63,859 bases of DNA, filler included, from Ministeria vibrans ATCC 50519 (GCA_943704425.1; 9 parts of 9 records of this genome joined end to end with filler, not necessarily neighbours in it), one strand, 5' to 3'. Positions 42,501 to 56,952 are shown, counted from the first letter of the whole stretch. Notes: a model not told the origin generated them from the letters alone. Translations and numbers: made by a program.

Positions 42501-44664
42501 GCCTCCTTCCCTGTCTCCGCAACCCTTTCCCCCATCAAACTTCTCTCCCTCACCCTTACCGGCTACAACGACGCCAACTCCCGCGTTGTCTGTGCCAGCA
42601 TTGACTCCACTTGTCATCTGCTTAACCGTCACTTCCACATCGACCAATTTGACCCGGCCACCGACCCTTCGTCCTCTGCTCTTGACGCACTCTTCTTCCG
42701 CGTCTCCGCCGACTCTCCTTCCTCCGTCCGTTCTCGCGTCAAAAATGCGCTCAGTGCACTCGAATCCTCAGTGCCCGCTTCAAATCTCTTCACAGCATCG
42801 CTCAAAGTAGAACTCTTCTTCACCTTATGCAATGGAATGTTTACTCCTCTTTTTAGGTTCTGACCAACTCGGCTCGTGCTCCGTTGCTCTCCACCAGAAG
42901 TAAGGCGCTTCTGGTTGAGTTTATCCACAGGCTTTCGATCCAATTGAGTCCCGAAAATGTCGTCCCTGACCCGACGCTCTGTCTTGGTGTTCAAAAGGTA
43001 CACAAATCATGATTAATATTTTTTCATTATTTTAGCGCGACTGTTACTGTACGGGTGTGAGACGGTGTGTGTGTGTGTGTGTGTGTGTTTGTTTTGGTTG
43101 TGAGGAGTGAGTGAGGGGTTGTGTGAGAGTGGTTGTCTAATGCATATGATGCTATAATTTATTATATAGATCATTGTGATGAGTGCTGATCCAAAGTCAC
43201 CGGAGAATCGATCCAATGCGGAAGGTACACCTAATGTGTACCAAACGATTCAATAACTTACTTTTTCTGGAATTGATGTGTGTGTGTGTTGTATCATGTC
43301 CTACCTTTGTTTTTGGTTAGAAACCATTGTGACCCTTTCGAAACTGAACCAAAGTGCAATGGAGAGTGTTCTCGAGTCAATGCCACAGGTAAAACGAACG
43401 AGCTACTTATTTTATCATCTTCTCATCTCTATCTTTTTGTGGCTGTTCTTGTTCGTTTTGAACACACACGCACACACAGTCTATTGCGAGCACTGCTCAT
43501 GCGATTCTGGCCGCACGGGGAGCACAGGGACGCAGTGACGAGCGACACGAGAGAGATGCGGCGCAGTATAACCCTTCATCGTATCAGGCTCACTCAGGTA
43601 AAAAAATATAAGAAAATACATTTTTATTATTATTATAAATGGTCTACTTAAACTGATTCGTATGTGTGCATGTTTAGACTCGCGCAAACCAAATTCGAAT
43701 GAATCATCGTAAGTACAAGACCTCATAATAAGAATAATAATTATTAATAATGATAATAATAATATTTTTGTTAGGTGTGCGAGCGTGATTGCGACACTGT
43801 CGTCACTTGAGAGCAGTGAGAGTGCCAAGGAAGAAGCCCTTGTGCAAGTGATTCAATGGAGCAAAGAGACACTGATGAACAGCAGCAGTGAAGCAACAAC
43901 GACAAGCGAGTTTGCCGATGTGCTTGGATGCGTTGTGGATGTGGTAGGAGCGAGTGGGGAGGGACGAGTGCGTGAGAAAGGTGTGCGGGCATTGCGGGAG
44001 CTCATGCGAAGCAATGGAGGAGCACACGCACGCGAAACGTTTACTGTGGAGACCGAGACGACTGGCGATGATGATGACGAAGAAGTGTGTGATGTGGAGC
44101 TGTTGAGTGCCACTGTGGATACACTGATGGGTTTGCACGCTGATGGGAATCGTGAGGTGTTGCGTGCGGCCGAAGAGTGTCTCAATCTGCTCGCGACTGT
44201 TGTTGAGCCTCCCGAGACCCTTCTGATGATCTTGCAAGAGTACATTGATGGCGAAAACGACTCCAAGGTAAAAAATAAAAAAACTCTCTAGTGCAAGAAG
44301 AAGTAATAGAACTAACGTCACACTGATCAATTAGCTTTTGGCATCGATCAAACTGGAGACGAAGCTTGTGCGGTCGCTCGTGGCGGAACGTGTCTCTCCG
44401 CTGCTGGAGCATATTGTGCCGGGTCTGGTGCGTGCCTACTCGCATGCGCAGGCTGAGGTGCGCAAGGCCTGTGTCTTCTGCCTGGTTGAGCTCTACTTAT
44501 CCCAGGACGATGCGCTCACTGCCCATCTCTCGCAGGTATGAAATTATCCTATTCTTTGTTTTGAGTCGTGTTCTCACTGTTTTTGGTTTTGTGCTGTTGT
44601 TTAGTTGACCGCTCAACAAATGAAACTGTTGGATCTCTACATTAAGCGTGCTCGTCCCGAGTGA
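39561..44664 (+). CDS. CLASP: CLIP-associating protein CLASP (TOG/HEAT repeats)
   Basis: HKNWRARE; DDKKDWSERIKSL..DLRSQVTREASITIAHL; S-rich linker; C-terminal AEVRKACVFCLVELY..QMKLLDLYIKRA; exons traced in frame. Confidence 0.93.
40488..40592. repeat. (TCTCAAAC)n 8-bp minisatellite in a CLASP intron
   Basis: About 11 copies of 'ctctcaaa'. Confidence 0.9.
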
Positions 44665-45283
44665 CACACCACAATAACAACACACTATACACTATTACAA
44701 ATAATCATCTTTATCAGGAAACCCCATCGACAAATCTATCCTCGAGCATACCCTTGACTGATGACTCCATGTATTGTGTGCAAAGACAGGCACATTACTC
44801 CTTTTCCCGCACTTCAATTGATAGATAATAAATTGCTATTTTTGTGTTTAACGGATGTTTAACACTTTCGTTTGCGGTTGAGAACAAAAAATTATTCCAA
44901 CAATCGCAAAGTCCAGAGAGAGTGCTCAGAGATGCTTCATAGGGCTCACTGATAGTAATATACGCCTATGATAATTGATGCTTGATAGCAGATACGATTT
45001 CGATCACATACAAAAGGTTGACTAAAAATTGTTTTCTTGGCGAAATGTCTGCTGATAACTAATCCCCAAAATCGCAGATCGCGACAGTAACGTGAGTGTT
45101 TCGCCTTCTCTTCAGGCCACTGTCTTGGTTGTGCATCCTGTGATGCTTTGCGTTTGATGAAACGCTGCTGTTTGATCTCGTGATCGTTTTGAAACGTATT
45201 TTGATCGACCATTGTTCGAAAAAAACACAAAATTCAAACGAATCTCATGATCATTCTTTTCTCACTCTTCACTCCAAAAAAAT

Positions 45284-45864
45284 ATGCGAACTACTCCACG
45301 CGTCTACGGACTGCGCTACCTCCCTGTATCACAGGTTGTGTATGTTGAAACACCAGTGTACCGCCAAGTGCCGCTCAAGAGCGTCTCAGTCAATGGTACA
45401 CTCAATTATGATCCTATTCGGTGTCACTCGACCAAACACGAACTCATCCACTGCCTTCTCTTGCAGCTCAAATGGTTGACGTATGCGCCGAAGTTACCAT
45501 CAACCAAGTGTATGCGAACAACGAGGCAACCCCAATCGAAGCAGAGTAAGAGGATCAGTCTGTCTCAGGTTCCCAAGATCAGCATTCAATGTATTCATCA
45601 ATATTTTCAGATATGTCTTTCCTCTGGACGAGCGTGCTGCCGTATGCGCGTTCTCGTGCACCGTCGACGGCCGTCAGATTGTTGGGGAGGTCAAAGAGAA
45701 GGGCGAAGCGCAGCAGGTGTGTTCATGTCGTTTTGCGTTTGGTTTCTGTTTGGTTTCCGTTCCGTTTTCCGTTCCGTTTGCTGACACCCTCGCACCACTC
45801 GTAGGCGTACAATGACGCAGTTTCACAGGGTCACGGGGCTGCGCTGTTGTCGCAGGAGCAGGAG
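45284..45864 (+). CDS. VIT-domain protein (VWA5A/PARP4-type), 3'-truncated by gap
   Basis: Spliced VPLKSVSVN|AQMVDVCAEVTINQVYANNEATPIEAE|YVFPLDERAAVCAFSCTVDGRQIVGEVKEKGEAQQ|AYNDAVSQGHGAALLSQE. Confidence 0.85.
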
Positions 45865-46147
45865 NNNNNNNNNNNNNNNNNNNNNNNNNNNNNNNNNNNN
45901 NNNNNNNNTTAATTAATTAANNNNNNNNNNNNNNNNNNNNNNNNNNNNNNNNNNNNNNNNNNNNAAAAAAAAAAAAAAAAAAAAAAAAAGACAAAGAGTC
46001 TCTCACGAAACACAACGAAAGGAGGCAACTAGAGTGACGCACGGGGCGCTGGTTGACTCACACACAGCGGGTACAGGCCATTGATGCGGCGTGGGCCGGC
46101 GTGGGCGCGCGGTGGACACGAGGAGACGAACGAATAAAATGGACGAC

Positions 46148-46547
46148 TCACTCAAGGCGCTGAATAAAATAAGACCACAAAGCAGTCGGACGCAAATGCA
46201 GGAGGGCCCAGGCGTCGCTGGGTGCCTGGATCCGCCCCACCGCGATGCGTAGAGCATCCGTGGCTGGGTGTTGGCGTCGTGTGTGGTGCGTAGGGAGTAC
46301 AAGCGCTATTTTTTTTTTTTTTCGTGACAGGTGACGAGAAGAAGGGGAGAGGGAAAGGGGGTCGGGGTGGCGGGGGGGAGGGGGAGGAGCGCACCTCGTC
46401 GTCGGGGTCGAGGTGGTAGTGGGTTTGGTGGTCGGGGTCCTGCTGCTCGCGAAGATCGTCAACGGATTCTTCAATAATGTCATCAACAGAGCCGCTGGTC
46501 GACATGGTCTCGTTGACGATGATCTGGGGGACGTTGTACCCCGGCAT
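46148..46547 (-). CDS. 5' part of a hypothetical membrane protein, truncated
   Basis: MPGYNVPQIIVNET..DPDDE|RLYSL..CVRLLCGLILFSAL with GT-AG sites. Confidence 0.4.
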
Positions 46548-47076
46548 GGTGGTTACAGGGCAAGCTGGGCAATCAAATTAAACAATAGTGGTGGTTTGGA
46601 GAGCCGAGAGAGAGTGAGAGAGAGTGAGAACTCTACTTGAGTAGAACATGACACACATTGTGTCTTGCACTGTGTGTCAAAGTGTCAAAAGAGATAAAGT
46701 CGAGAGTAACATGGCTTTGACCGCACATTCTATTGTTCGTTTAAAAGAGCAGAGGAATAAATGCAGTGTGTACTCAAAAGACTTTAATGGCGCACAATGC
46801 GCCACAAGTTGAGGTAACCACAGGCAACGAGGACGAAAAACATGGCAAAGAGCACAATGATGTTCTCGCTGATAGTAAGGAATTGGTCAAATGAGAGACG
46901 AGCAATGACCTAAAAAAACAATAATAAATTGAGGGCCGTACAGGCAAAGGGAGAACCAATAGGTTATACCTGTTCGCCTGTTTGAATGCATCCGAGTGTG
47001 GAATTAGGGGGACAGTTGAAGACCAGACCGGTCATCTCATTCTGCATGTTGGCTGCATACATAATAAAACATATAC

Positions 47077-47168
<92 letters not shown>

Positions 47169-47522
47169 NNNNNNNNNNNNNNNNNNNNNNNNNNNNNNNN
47201 NNNNNNNNNNNNTTAATTAATTAANNNNNNNNNNNNNNNNNNNNNNNNNNNNNNNNNNNNNNNNNNNNAGCTGCGTGGTTGTGATCCACCTGTGTGTATA
47301 AATTCAGAGAGAGAGGAGGAGGAGAAAGAAACAAAGTGATAGAGAGAGAGGAGAAAGAAACAAAGTGATAGAGAGAGAGAGGAGAAAGAAACAAAGTGAT
47401 AGAGAGAGAGAGAGGAGAAAGAAACAAAGTGATAGAGAGAGAGAGAGAGTGTGTGTGTGTGTGCGTTTGTACTTTGTGTGCGTGTGACGGGAGATTTGAA
47501 CGTGAAAATGTTGGTTTTGTAG

Positions 47523-48448
47523 TTGTACGACTCAATCCAGGACAAGATTGATCTCCTGATGGAAATCAACACAACACAGGCAGTGAAGATGCTCGTGAGC
47601 CATGTCGACCGCATTCCTATTGATCAGGTAAGACACAGAGGAAAATTGTGTTACAATTCAATTCATTTGTGTGCATTGTTGTTTAGGTTGTGCGTCAGTT
47701 GAATGGCAAACGTGAGCTTCTTCATGCCTATCTCCATGCGCTTTTCCTCTCTGATCCGTCCGCCGGAGCTGATTTCCACGAACTCCAAGTAAACCAAACA
47801 TACTATTATACTGACTGTGTCATGTTGTGTCAATTTTTGTGGACTCATTCTTCTGTCTCTGTCTCTTTCTCACTTTCCCTCCCCTCTCAGGTTGGTCTCT
47901 ACGCTGACTTTGACCCGCCCCGCCTTATGCCTTTCCTGCGCCAGTCCAACTTTTATCCTCTTGAAAAGGCTCTTCACGAGTGTGAGAAGCGCGATCTTAT
48001 TCCGGAGTTTGTCTATCTCTTAGGCAGAGCTGGTAATGTGAACACTAAACGTATCATTAGGTCTGACACAATTCCAAACACACACACACACACACACACG
48101 CACGCAGGAAACATCAAGCGAGCACTGTCATTGATCATCTCACGAATGAACGATGTGACAATGGCAATTGAGTTTGCCAAAGAGAAGAACGACGAAGAGC
48201 TGTGGGAGGATCTGCTTTCATATTCACTCGACAAACCAGGTTAGAATCACACACGAACGTCGCACTTGGAGTCACTCACATTTTCTCGAACACGCACGCA
48301 CATCAGACTTTATCAAAGGGCTTCTGTTCAACATTGGGACGCACGTGGACCCCATCCGTCTCATTAAGCGCATTCCACATGGCCTCCACATTCCCGGCTT
48401 GCGCGACGCCCTGGTGAAGATTCTCCAGGATTACAATTTGCAAATGGG
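47523..48448 (+). CDS. VPS41: HOPS subunit VPS41, internal fragment
   Basis: FHELQ|VGLYADFD..LMPFLRQSNFYPLEKA..VYLLGR..AIEFAKEKNDEELWEDL..KP|DFIKGLL.NIGTHVDPI.LI.RIP.GL.IP.LRDALVKILQDY. Confidence 0.92.
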
Positions 48449-48578
48449 TACTGCACGAAAGAGTCGGAGAGGAGAGAGAAACGTGAAACGTACAGAGAGA
48501 CAGAGAGACAGAGAGAAAGTAGGGAGAAAGAAACAAGTGATAGCGAGAGAGAAAGGAGGGTGAAAGAAACAAAGAGAT

Positions 48579-48687
<109 letters not shown>

Positions 48688-48787
48688 NNNNNNNNNNNNN
48701 NNNNNNNNNNNNNNNNNNNNNNNNNNNNNNNTTAATTAATTAANNNNNNNNNNNNNNNNNNNNNNNNNNNNNNNNNNNNNNNNNNNN

Positions 48788-49539
48788 CGACGAGTGGTCG
48801 ACGAGTGGTCGACGAGTGGTCGTCTCGCTTACCGATAGTCGAAAACATTGAGGTTGCCGCCAAAGAGGTAGAACATACCATTGATGGCAACGGATGTCTG
48901 AAAGGCACGTCCGTCGGGCACAGGGCCTGCGGCATACTCGACTTGCTGTTGAACATAAACACAGAGTTGAGTGACTCGCTTGAAGAGTGTTCGTTCAGTC
49001 TGACCGACACAGTGCAGTTGCCGGCGGGTGATATCCCGGCACAGCTGTACATAAAGGTGTCGTTGAAGGCCGTTGCCTTGTTGGTCGCGCCCCCAAAGAC
49101 AAGTGCTGTGTCGTGAGTGAGAGAGAGAGAGTGAGTGAGAGGGAGTGAGTTGAGTCCGATGCACATTCTCATTGTCCAATCCACGCTTACCAATGGCGGG
49201 CGACACTTGCGCAGACGAAGAGCCTAAACGCGAGGATGGGCCGGTGCCCGTGAAGACTTGGATGAAGAAGGAGGAGGTTTCCACGACGTAGAATGAGGAG
49301 TCGTTGTACGTGACATCGCTCGCCGAGTCCCACCCACCAAAGACAAACATCAGGTCGGTCGAGTAGAACTGTGTGATTCGCAGCGTAAACGGGCACATGG
49401 TGGGGAAGATGCGAGGAGAGGGCGTCGCCTCGACAATGCTCAGCGAATCCCACGTATTCGCAACTCCCGCCTGTGCACCCAGCCCGCACAGCAGCCCGGC
49501 TAGCAGTATCGGCAACGCCGACACCATAGACAGGGTCAT
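48788..49539 (-). CDS. Secreted/membrane kelch-repeat protein, 3'-truncated
   Basis: Signal peptide; PSPR..MFVFGGWD..YND; PSSR..ALVFGG..FNDTFMY; PDGRAFQ..FYLFGG. Confidence 0.75.
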
Positions 49540-49765
49540 GCTATATCGATTGACAAAGCGAATTAAATGTAAAATTATTAAGTCTTAAGATGTAAAATTG
49601 AAAATGATACGAGAAGTTCACTATTCATCAACATGAAAACCCGACAATAATTACTACGTACTTACCAGAAAAAAATTGAATAAATTGTGAAAGCATTAGT
49701 AATAATAATATTATTATTACTTGTATACAGAATTTATGCAGGAAAACAGAGAAAGAGTCATCACC

Positions 49766-51689
49766 TCAGACTTCGACGTCAACATCTTCGTCAGGGTGAG
49801 TGGTATGAGGAGGTGGCAGAGGAGCAGACGCTGTCGTGGCGAGGAATGGAACACTGGTGGGGCTGACGGTGCTGGAGATGGCAGCGGCATCACCACAACC
49901 AGTCATGTATGTGTCTTCAACGACCTCGTCGTCGCCGTCCAGATAGAGCGAGTGATCGTAGTCATCTACTTGGCTTCCGTCCGACGACTCGGTCTGATGC
50001 TGTTCTCCTAGTGATTGATGTAATGAGGGTAATGGCGCTGCGGCTGCTGCTGCTGCTGATAGAGGGAGCGATGATGGCGGCAGAGCGAGTTGATGTTGAT
50101 TTTGGTGATCGTGCTTGTCGTAGTTCTCGTGCTGGGAATCCTGCTGATGTTGGATGCTGTGAGTCGCATTCCTGACAGCGACCTGCGTATGGAGGCGCTG
50201 CAGTGTTGCCTCGTCGGCTTGGTCCACTTCATGACGCCGTCGCACTAAACCACCAGAAATCAGTCACACACAGACACACACACACAGAGAGAAAGAGAAA
50301 GAAAGCGTACAGCAGGCGAGAGTGGGGCGTCCAGGCTGACTGAGCTCCTCTGCAATGAGCTGCGGTCCATATGTGTCATCAATCTTCCACAAATGACCCA
50401 TTTGCAGATCGGCGGGGGTTCGCGGTAGTTTGATAAAGACGCGGCGAAGTGACAAATTGTGTCGAATGGAGTTCTAAACAAAAAAGGAAGGTTTGTCAAG
50501 GAAAAAAATTAGTAATAATAAACACAAAACTATATTTCAACAAATCTAAACTTCACACTAGTGTTACCTTCCAGCCAAAGGCGTTTCCACGACGTGCTCC
50601 GTAGTAAGGGTACCGTTCGGTGATGTACGTGTAGATTTCGCCAAGAGTCAGGCACTGGTTGGGAGAGCGTCGAATAGCGTCGGCAATGAGCATTGCATAA
50701 GTGAAGGGCGGCTTGACGCGCGCCGTGCGGTGGTAGTCGGCCAGGCAGAGTTCGTCCTTGTCGTGCAGACTGCTGCCCACGCTGCCCACAATGGTGCGCC
50801 GTGCCGCTCGGAAGGCTTTCGAGGCGGCGTCCGCGGTGGCCCTGAGCGAGGCGGGAGTCGGCGGCAGAGCAGTGACAGGACGCAAGTGATGTGGTAGAGA
50901 CGTGTGCGCCGGCGCACCGCCTGTGCCACTGTCAATTGTGTCTGGGTCGTGCGTATTGTTGTTGTTGTCGTCGTCATAGTCGTTGCTGCTCATCAATTGA
51001 GGTTGTGACTGTCGTTGACGCTGCTGCTGTTTGCTGGACTTGACTGGTGCACGAGGGTGTGTTGCTGCGCTGTCGGTGGTTGTCGACGACCGCGGCATCT
51101 TGCGCTTACGCTGATGAGCACTGTCGGAGGAGTATTCGTCGGCGTGCACAAAGGACTCGTCGTTGCTACCATCGTCGTAAAAGACAAAGCTGCTGTTGTC
51201 GTAGTGGTTCCCAGCGTACTGAGGGACACGACGACGCTTCTTTGGCGCGCTTGCCGTGCCACTGGCCACTGCGCGCTTGCCGTGCTGCCCACTGTCGGCA
51301 GCACCAAGCGAGCTGGACCCGTTGGGCGGCTGCGAGCGCTCGTAGTCAGAGCGGGGAAGGAGAAAGGAGAAGTGGACGGGCCCGATGGAAATGAGATCTT
51401 GCGAACTCAGCCGGATCGGATCGGCAGAGGGGCTGCGGTGGCCGCCGTTGAGCAGGAGGCCCTCTGGTGAGAACACGCGGAGTTGGAAGGCGCGCTCGTC
51501 GAAGTCGTAGGTGATGCCGGCGTGCAGCAGCGCCACTCCGTCAAAATCGAGCGTGACGTGACAACTTCCCTTGCTCGCCGGCGAACGCCCAATGGTCGCC
51601 GACAACGACGTCATATAGAAGTCTAGGCTCTCGCCATGGATGCGCGCGTACGCTGCCGTGGCGCGAGGGTGAGATTCCGCCACGGACAT
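49766..51689 (-). CDS. FHA + forkhead transcription factor (FoxK/Fkh-like)
   Basis: N-terminal AYARIHGESLDFYMTSLSATIGRS (FHA); KPPFTYAMLIADAI..LTLGEIYTYITERYPYY..GWK|NSIRHNLSLRRVFIKLPR..GHLWKID. Confidence 0.88.
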
Positions 51690-52879
51690 ATCAAACTATG
51701 TAAAAGGCAAACGACAATGTGAGAAAAACACTCAGCAAAGAAACAAAGAAAGAGATTCGAAAGAGACGCACTGACGGCAAGGCGCGCCCTGCAGCCGGCA
51801 ATATGCCGTGCAGAATGCATAGTGCAGCCACGGGGCCAAGGCCCGCGCACTGCACCGCCGACAGTGTCTGTTTGTCGTTTGTGGCCACAGAAAAAAAGAA
51901 ACGAGGGCCAAAAGCCAAAACGAACACAGAAAAAAAAACACACAAAAGAGGGCCAAAAGGGGGCGGCGACGACGCAGGACAGGCCAACGTAAGTGTTACC
52001 ACAGATTCGCGTGAGAGCAGCGGCAGCGCAGACCACTGGCGGCGGAAACGAGCGACAAAAAACAATTAAAAAAAAGAAGAAAAAAAAGTTATGGCTGAGT
52101 CGTCCTTCGCAACGCGACCACGAGGGGAGGGGCGGTCTGGTGTTGGTTCGCGAATGCGAGAAGTCGGGCGCAATACAACACAGCAGAGAGCGAAAAGAAT
52201 CTAAAGTAGATATTCAATTTCGACCACAAACGAACCACAAACTGAGTTCAAAAAAAAAATACAATAATAGCAACAACACTAATAAAAATACGCGCGCTCG
52301 CTGTGAGAGCGTGATTGACTGATTGTGGATCTGTAGACGGTACGCGCTTTATCTTTAAAATTGGGTTACTCCTCGTAGCAATCGGATTGGAATTTTTCAA
52401 AAAAAAAAACAAAACAAAAAAACAACAACAAAAACAAACAGAATAATAAATTAATTATAATGTTAAATTTTATTAATAATAATAAATTTAACATAACAGT
52501 AATGGTCGCTGTGAGACCGTGTTTCATGTGGGTCTATATATGAGTGGTTCATGTTTTTGGGGTTAGTATGAGGGAAGAATATAATAATTATCAACACGGT
52601 CGTAAACTTCTCGTAAACTTCTCACTTCAAAACCTCAAAGCTGTACGCTGTGCATGCTGACTTTTTTTATGATTGTATTGTAGGAGGTGAAGAAAGTGTT
52701 CAGATTATGTACGATGCAAAGTGGAACGAAAATCACGATACAAATTCGATTGATATGCATTTAATAATAATAGAAAGTAAATAGATAATCGAGAGGTGTA
52801 CTCAATCAAAACAAAACTATATACAAAACAAAGAGCAGCACAATACTTAAAAGTTATAAATAAATAATATTGCTTTTAT

Positions 52880-53603
52880 TTAGTGTATACAGACCGGCAG
52901 TGGAGGAAGTGATTCTTTGGGTATAAAGTGCCAGCCCCACGTTACAATGCCGTCAGGATTGCCAGCGTGCCTAAGGTTACCGAAACCGACAGGAAGCAGA
53001 AGAAAGAATGAGGGGAGATGGAAAGAAAGGACAAATGACGTACGAGCAACACTGAGCGGAGAGGCCCGCTTGAGCTGTGAGAACAGAGAGGGCCGCTTGG
53101 TCTTGTCGGTGATTCTGATGGTTGGATCCCTAAGAAAGAAAGAAAGAGAGAGATAAAGTGATGGAGAGAGAAAAGACAGTCATAAAGAGGACCAAAGTGA
53201 TAAGAGACAGAGAAAGAGAAGAAAAAAGTGATAGAGAGAAACAAAGTGAGAATGGGCAAAGTGAATTGAGAAATGAAAGACGATCGTACAATTGGAGCAA
53301 TGCAGTCGCGCACCAAAGCACATTCAACCCACGGCAAGATCACCCTCTTATAGTACACAGAATCTAAAGAAAGAATGAAAGTTAGAGGTGATTGAAAGTG
53401 CGAGAGAGCGCAAATGGGGAGTGATGGAAGTGTTAAGTAAGTGTGTACAAATTGAATATTTCTTAAACGTCAAGACGGTGACAGTGACACAGTGTGAATT
53501 AAAGAAAACGACCAACTTGTCAATGTGACATGTGTGCAAATGAAAGCATTGCCCCTGTATGCGTGACGTATGTATATATAATATAAATTTAATAATAATA
53601 ATA

Positions 53604-53635
<32 letters not shown>

Positions 53636-54957
53636 GTGTGTGCGTGTGAAAGCGTGGTGTGCTTAGCGTTTAGTATGTGTGAGTGAGTGAGTGTGCATGC
53701 CTTTGCGTGCTCCTACAATGGCTCCATTGCAGTTTTTCACAGTGCGCTGTTCACTTGTCACGTTTAAGTAGTGGAGGGTCGTTGGATGAGTGTACTTCGC
53801 AATGTCCCCATCACTCACTTCGCCGGCACAGCCCAACTCTAAATATGAGACATGGATTAGGCGCGAAATTGCCGGGCGTTGCATACCGCCAGTGAGCAGT
53901 GCTTGAGTGGTTTTGGCGAGAGGGCGGTGGAAGCGGTCGCTTGAATCAACCCACAGAGCAGTGCCATAGCGGTCAATTGTGTCCCGAATCATGAGAGGCT
54001 TCCACGCATACTAATAAAAATGATTAATACAATAATAATTATAGGCGCATTAATGATAATAATATTAGGCGCATTAATGATAATAATATTTAATAATAAT
54101 TATTATAATTATTATTATTATCATCATAATTGGCACTGAATTGAAGTTATATGGGCGTACCTCTCCCTTCGCTTCGTGGATATTAAAGTATGGCGGGTAC
54201 GCTGAAAAGTTGAATTGCTCAAGTTTGGCTCCGCCTGTGGTGATGCAATGAATTAGAAGAAAAAGAAGAAGAAGAAGAAGAATACAACTCATGTATTAAT
54301 GATGAGATGTAATGAAATAGACACATTGAAGTAATGTTGTGTGGGAGACAGTCAGTCATTCACCTGCGAGTGACGGGGCGACAGCGTTGAGTTCGGACAA
54401 GAGGGCATCGCGAAGGCACGGGGACAGGTCCATGTCGTACATGATGAAGCGGACGTTGGTGTTGCCGGTGGACGCGAGTGAGCGAACGAGCAGAATGGCA
54501 CACTGCCAATGGTTCGCGCTGGTGGCAGACACAATCGTCACGATGGAGCTGTTTGCCGCTGGATGGGGCACTGCATGTGCAGCTGTGGGTGTTGGGGGTG
54601 ATGGTAGTGGTGCTGGCGGGGCGCGCAGAGGAGGAGGGGACGAGGGGCGAGGAGGGGACGAGGGACGAGGAGGGGCGGGGGCGTTGCGCTGCTCATGGAT
54701 GAGCCGCTGAGACACGGGCGACAGGCGCTGGGTGGAAGAGAACACACTGTCCGGTATGACATGGAGGTGTCCTAGGGGATGTGAAGATGGAGAAAGGGAG
54801 AGAGAGCGTGTGTGTGTGTGTGTGTGTTTGAGAGGAGAGAAAGAGAGACAGAGAGTGTGTGGATTGCAGAAATTGTACCGTGAAGAGTAGTGAGCACTGC
54901 GGCACTTAAAACAAGCGCAAGTATCACAACGAGGGCCTTTTGGCGGGATAGGTGCAT
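52880..54957 (-). CDS. Type II membrane DUF1647-like putative glycosyltransferase
   Basis: N-terminal TM helix; IVSATSANHW..FIMYDMDL; FNFSAYPPYF..GE|YAWKPLMI..LWVDSS; ILPWVECALVRDCIAP; NHRQDQAALSVL. Confidence 0.7.
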
Positions 54958-55001
54958 GTCATGGGTTTGCGTTTAAATAAATAAATAAAATTAATATAAT
55001 T

Positions 55002-56492
55002 TTAACATTGGACAAGATCGGAGAGAAATTGGTGGACTTGTGAGGGACCACACTCGGGGAGAGTGGCGAGGACGCGCTCGACAAACTCAGCAAGGAGGAG
55101 AAGAAAGCGAGCAGGGCCTGCCGCGTCGCGAATGTCCACCAGCAGATCCACGGCCTCGTTGGACACTAAACAACGGACCAGATATGAGCAAGAGTTTGCG
55201 TCAAAGCGTGTGTGTAAATATATAATATACCTTCGCGCATGACGTGGAGACGGTAGCCGGGTCCTTTGATGAGACGCGTCATGGTATTTGCGTTGTGGCA
55301 GAAGCGACCAATAGAGTCTGAACGGGTATTTTCGTTCGTAAGAAGTGGTGGGAGTGCGCGGGAGTCGATGAGGGGAGCGTAGGAAGTCTCAAGGAGCGCC
55401 TTGAAGAAGCGCTGAGGGACAGAAAGGGCACGGTTGGTTTCGTCGTGAATAAAAGGCGAGTCTTTGAGGCGCAAACGGGAATCGGCCAGCACCAGCGTCA
55501 GATAGCCCCGAACGATGGTAGTGCGCATGTCGTGCTGGATACGGGGAAGGGGAGAAAATCAAAAGAAGAGAGTGAGAAAGAGATCTTGTGTGATGGAGTC
55601 GAGTAAAGAAGGCCATTGTGTGATGAAGTAGAGTGCACGTAAAGAAGACGATTGTGTGATGAAGTAGAGAAGGCGATTGTGTGATCAAGAGTGTGAGTGA
55701 TTGTATAATATGACGTAGAGAGATTGTGTGGTAGAGTGTAGAGTGTAGAGTGACAGACAAAGCAAGAGTACAAGGTGTCAGCAAAGTTGTGATCATCGAA
55801 CACACAGTTGTTCGCCTTACGTCTTCTTTCGGAGTGTCATTGGGAGTGATTGGGAGATCCAACTGCGAAAAAAAAAATCGAATATTCATCGCATTCAGTT
55901 CTCGACTGCCGTTCAATTAGTACCTTTGTTAGCTGATCGAGCTTCGCAGAGGGCGCATAGTCACTCCAGACAGAGACTGAGACGGAAAACTCGAGCGAAT
56001 CGACTGCATGAGACCACATTGGTGGAATAAAGAGCACCTGAGAGAAGAAACACAAACGCAAGTCAGAGACAATGAACATCACTAGTGAAAAGGATTAATA
56101 AAAAATGTGTTGACCTCAGAGGGGTACAGAGTGAAATCGTAAAGGGGAGCTGAGAGGGAGGCGGAGGGAAAGGAGCGCATCCCGGGGTGGAGGGCAGGAA
56201 AAGACGGCTGGGGGAAGGCCGGTGGGTGCAGGGTAAAGCGCTTAGCGCCCTTGACCAGCGCGTGCATGTTGGGAAACAAGTCGTAGTGCGCCGAGGTGTG
56301 CTGGTGTGCCGGTGACATCCACAGATAAGCTGAAACAACCAGAACGTGTGACACAAAACAAACAACACAAATTTAGATGAATTTGATTACCTTTGTATGA
56401 GAGTTGCTTGCGCTTTTTTGCTTGTTCAGTTTCATTCAGAAGCGGATTGATGTGCTCGTTGGTGAAAAAGAAGGGCACCAGTGGCTCAATAT
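55002..56492 (-). CDS. JmjC/cupin-like 2OG-Fe(II) oxygenase, 5'-truncated
   Basis: LWMSPAHQHTSAHYD..NMHALVKGAKRFTLHPP..LYPSE|VLFIPPMWSHAVDSLEFSVSVSVW (HxD...H triad). Confidence 0.85.
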
Positions 56493-56520
56493 CTGAACAA
56501 AAAAATGAAATCTAATGGAC

Positions 56521-56721
56521 AGACACACACACACACACCACAAAGACATAGACACACACCCAAAGGCATAGACACACACCACAAAGATATAGACACACAC
56601 CACAAAGATATAGACACACACCACAAAGACATAGACACACACCACAAAGACATAGACACACACCACAAAGACATAGACACACACCACAAAGACATAGACA
56701 CACACCACAAAGACATAGACA
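56521..56721. repeat. 21-bp minisatellite (GACACACACCACAAAGACATA)n, intronic, running into the gap
   Basis: About 9 direct copies. Confidence 0.9.
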
Positions 56722-56821
56722 NNNNNNNNNNNNNNNNNNNNNNNNNNNNNNNNNNNNNNNNNNNNTTAATTAATTAANNNNNNNNNNNNNNNNNNNNNNN
56801 NNNNNNNNNNNNNNNNNNNNN

Positions 56822-56906
<85 letters not shown>

Positions 56907-56952
56907 CGTGTGCTTAATTTTTTTTTGATGACATTATAAATTTGCTCTGTAG

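Noticed and set aside
45415-45864. Minus-strand frame interrupted only by TGA, suggesting selenocysteine or TGA recoding
   Set aside because: It is the antisense shadow of the plus-strand VIT-domain gene. Conserved genes here end in TGA, TAA and TAG normally.
48788-48825. 11-nt tandem (CGACGAGTGGT)x3
   Set aside because: Sits at a contig edge inside a kelch exon and would break the frame; likely an assembly end artefact.
55585-55700. Repeated GTGATGA box-C-like motifs
   Set aside because: Antisense to the host JmjC intron, part of a degenerate minisatellite, and no box D.
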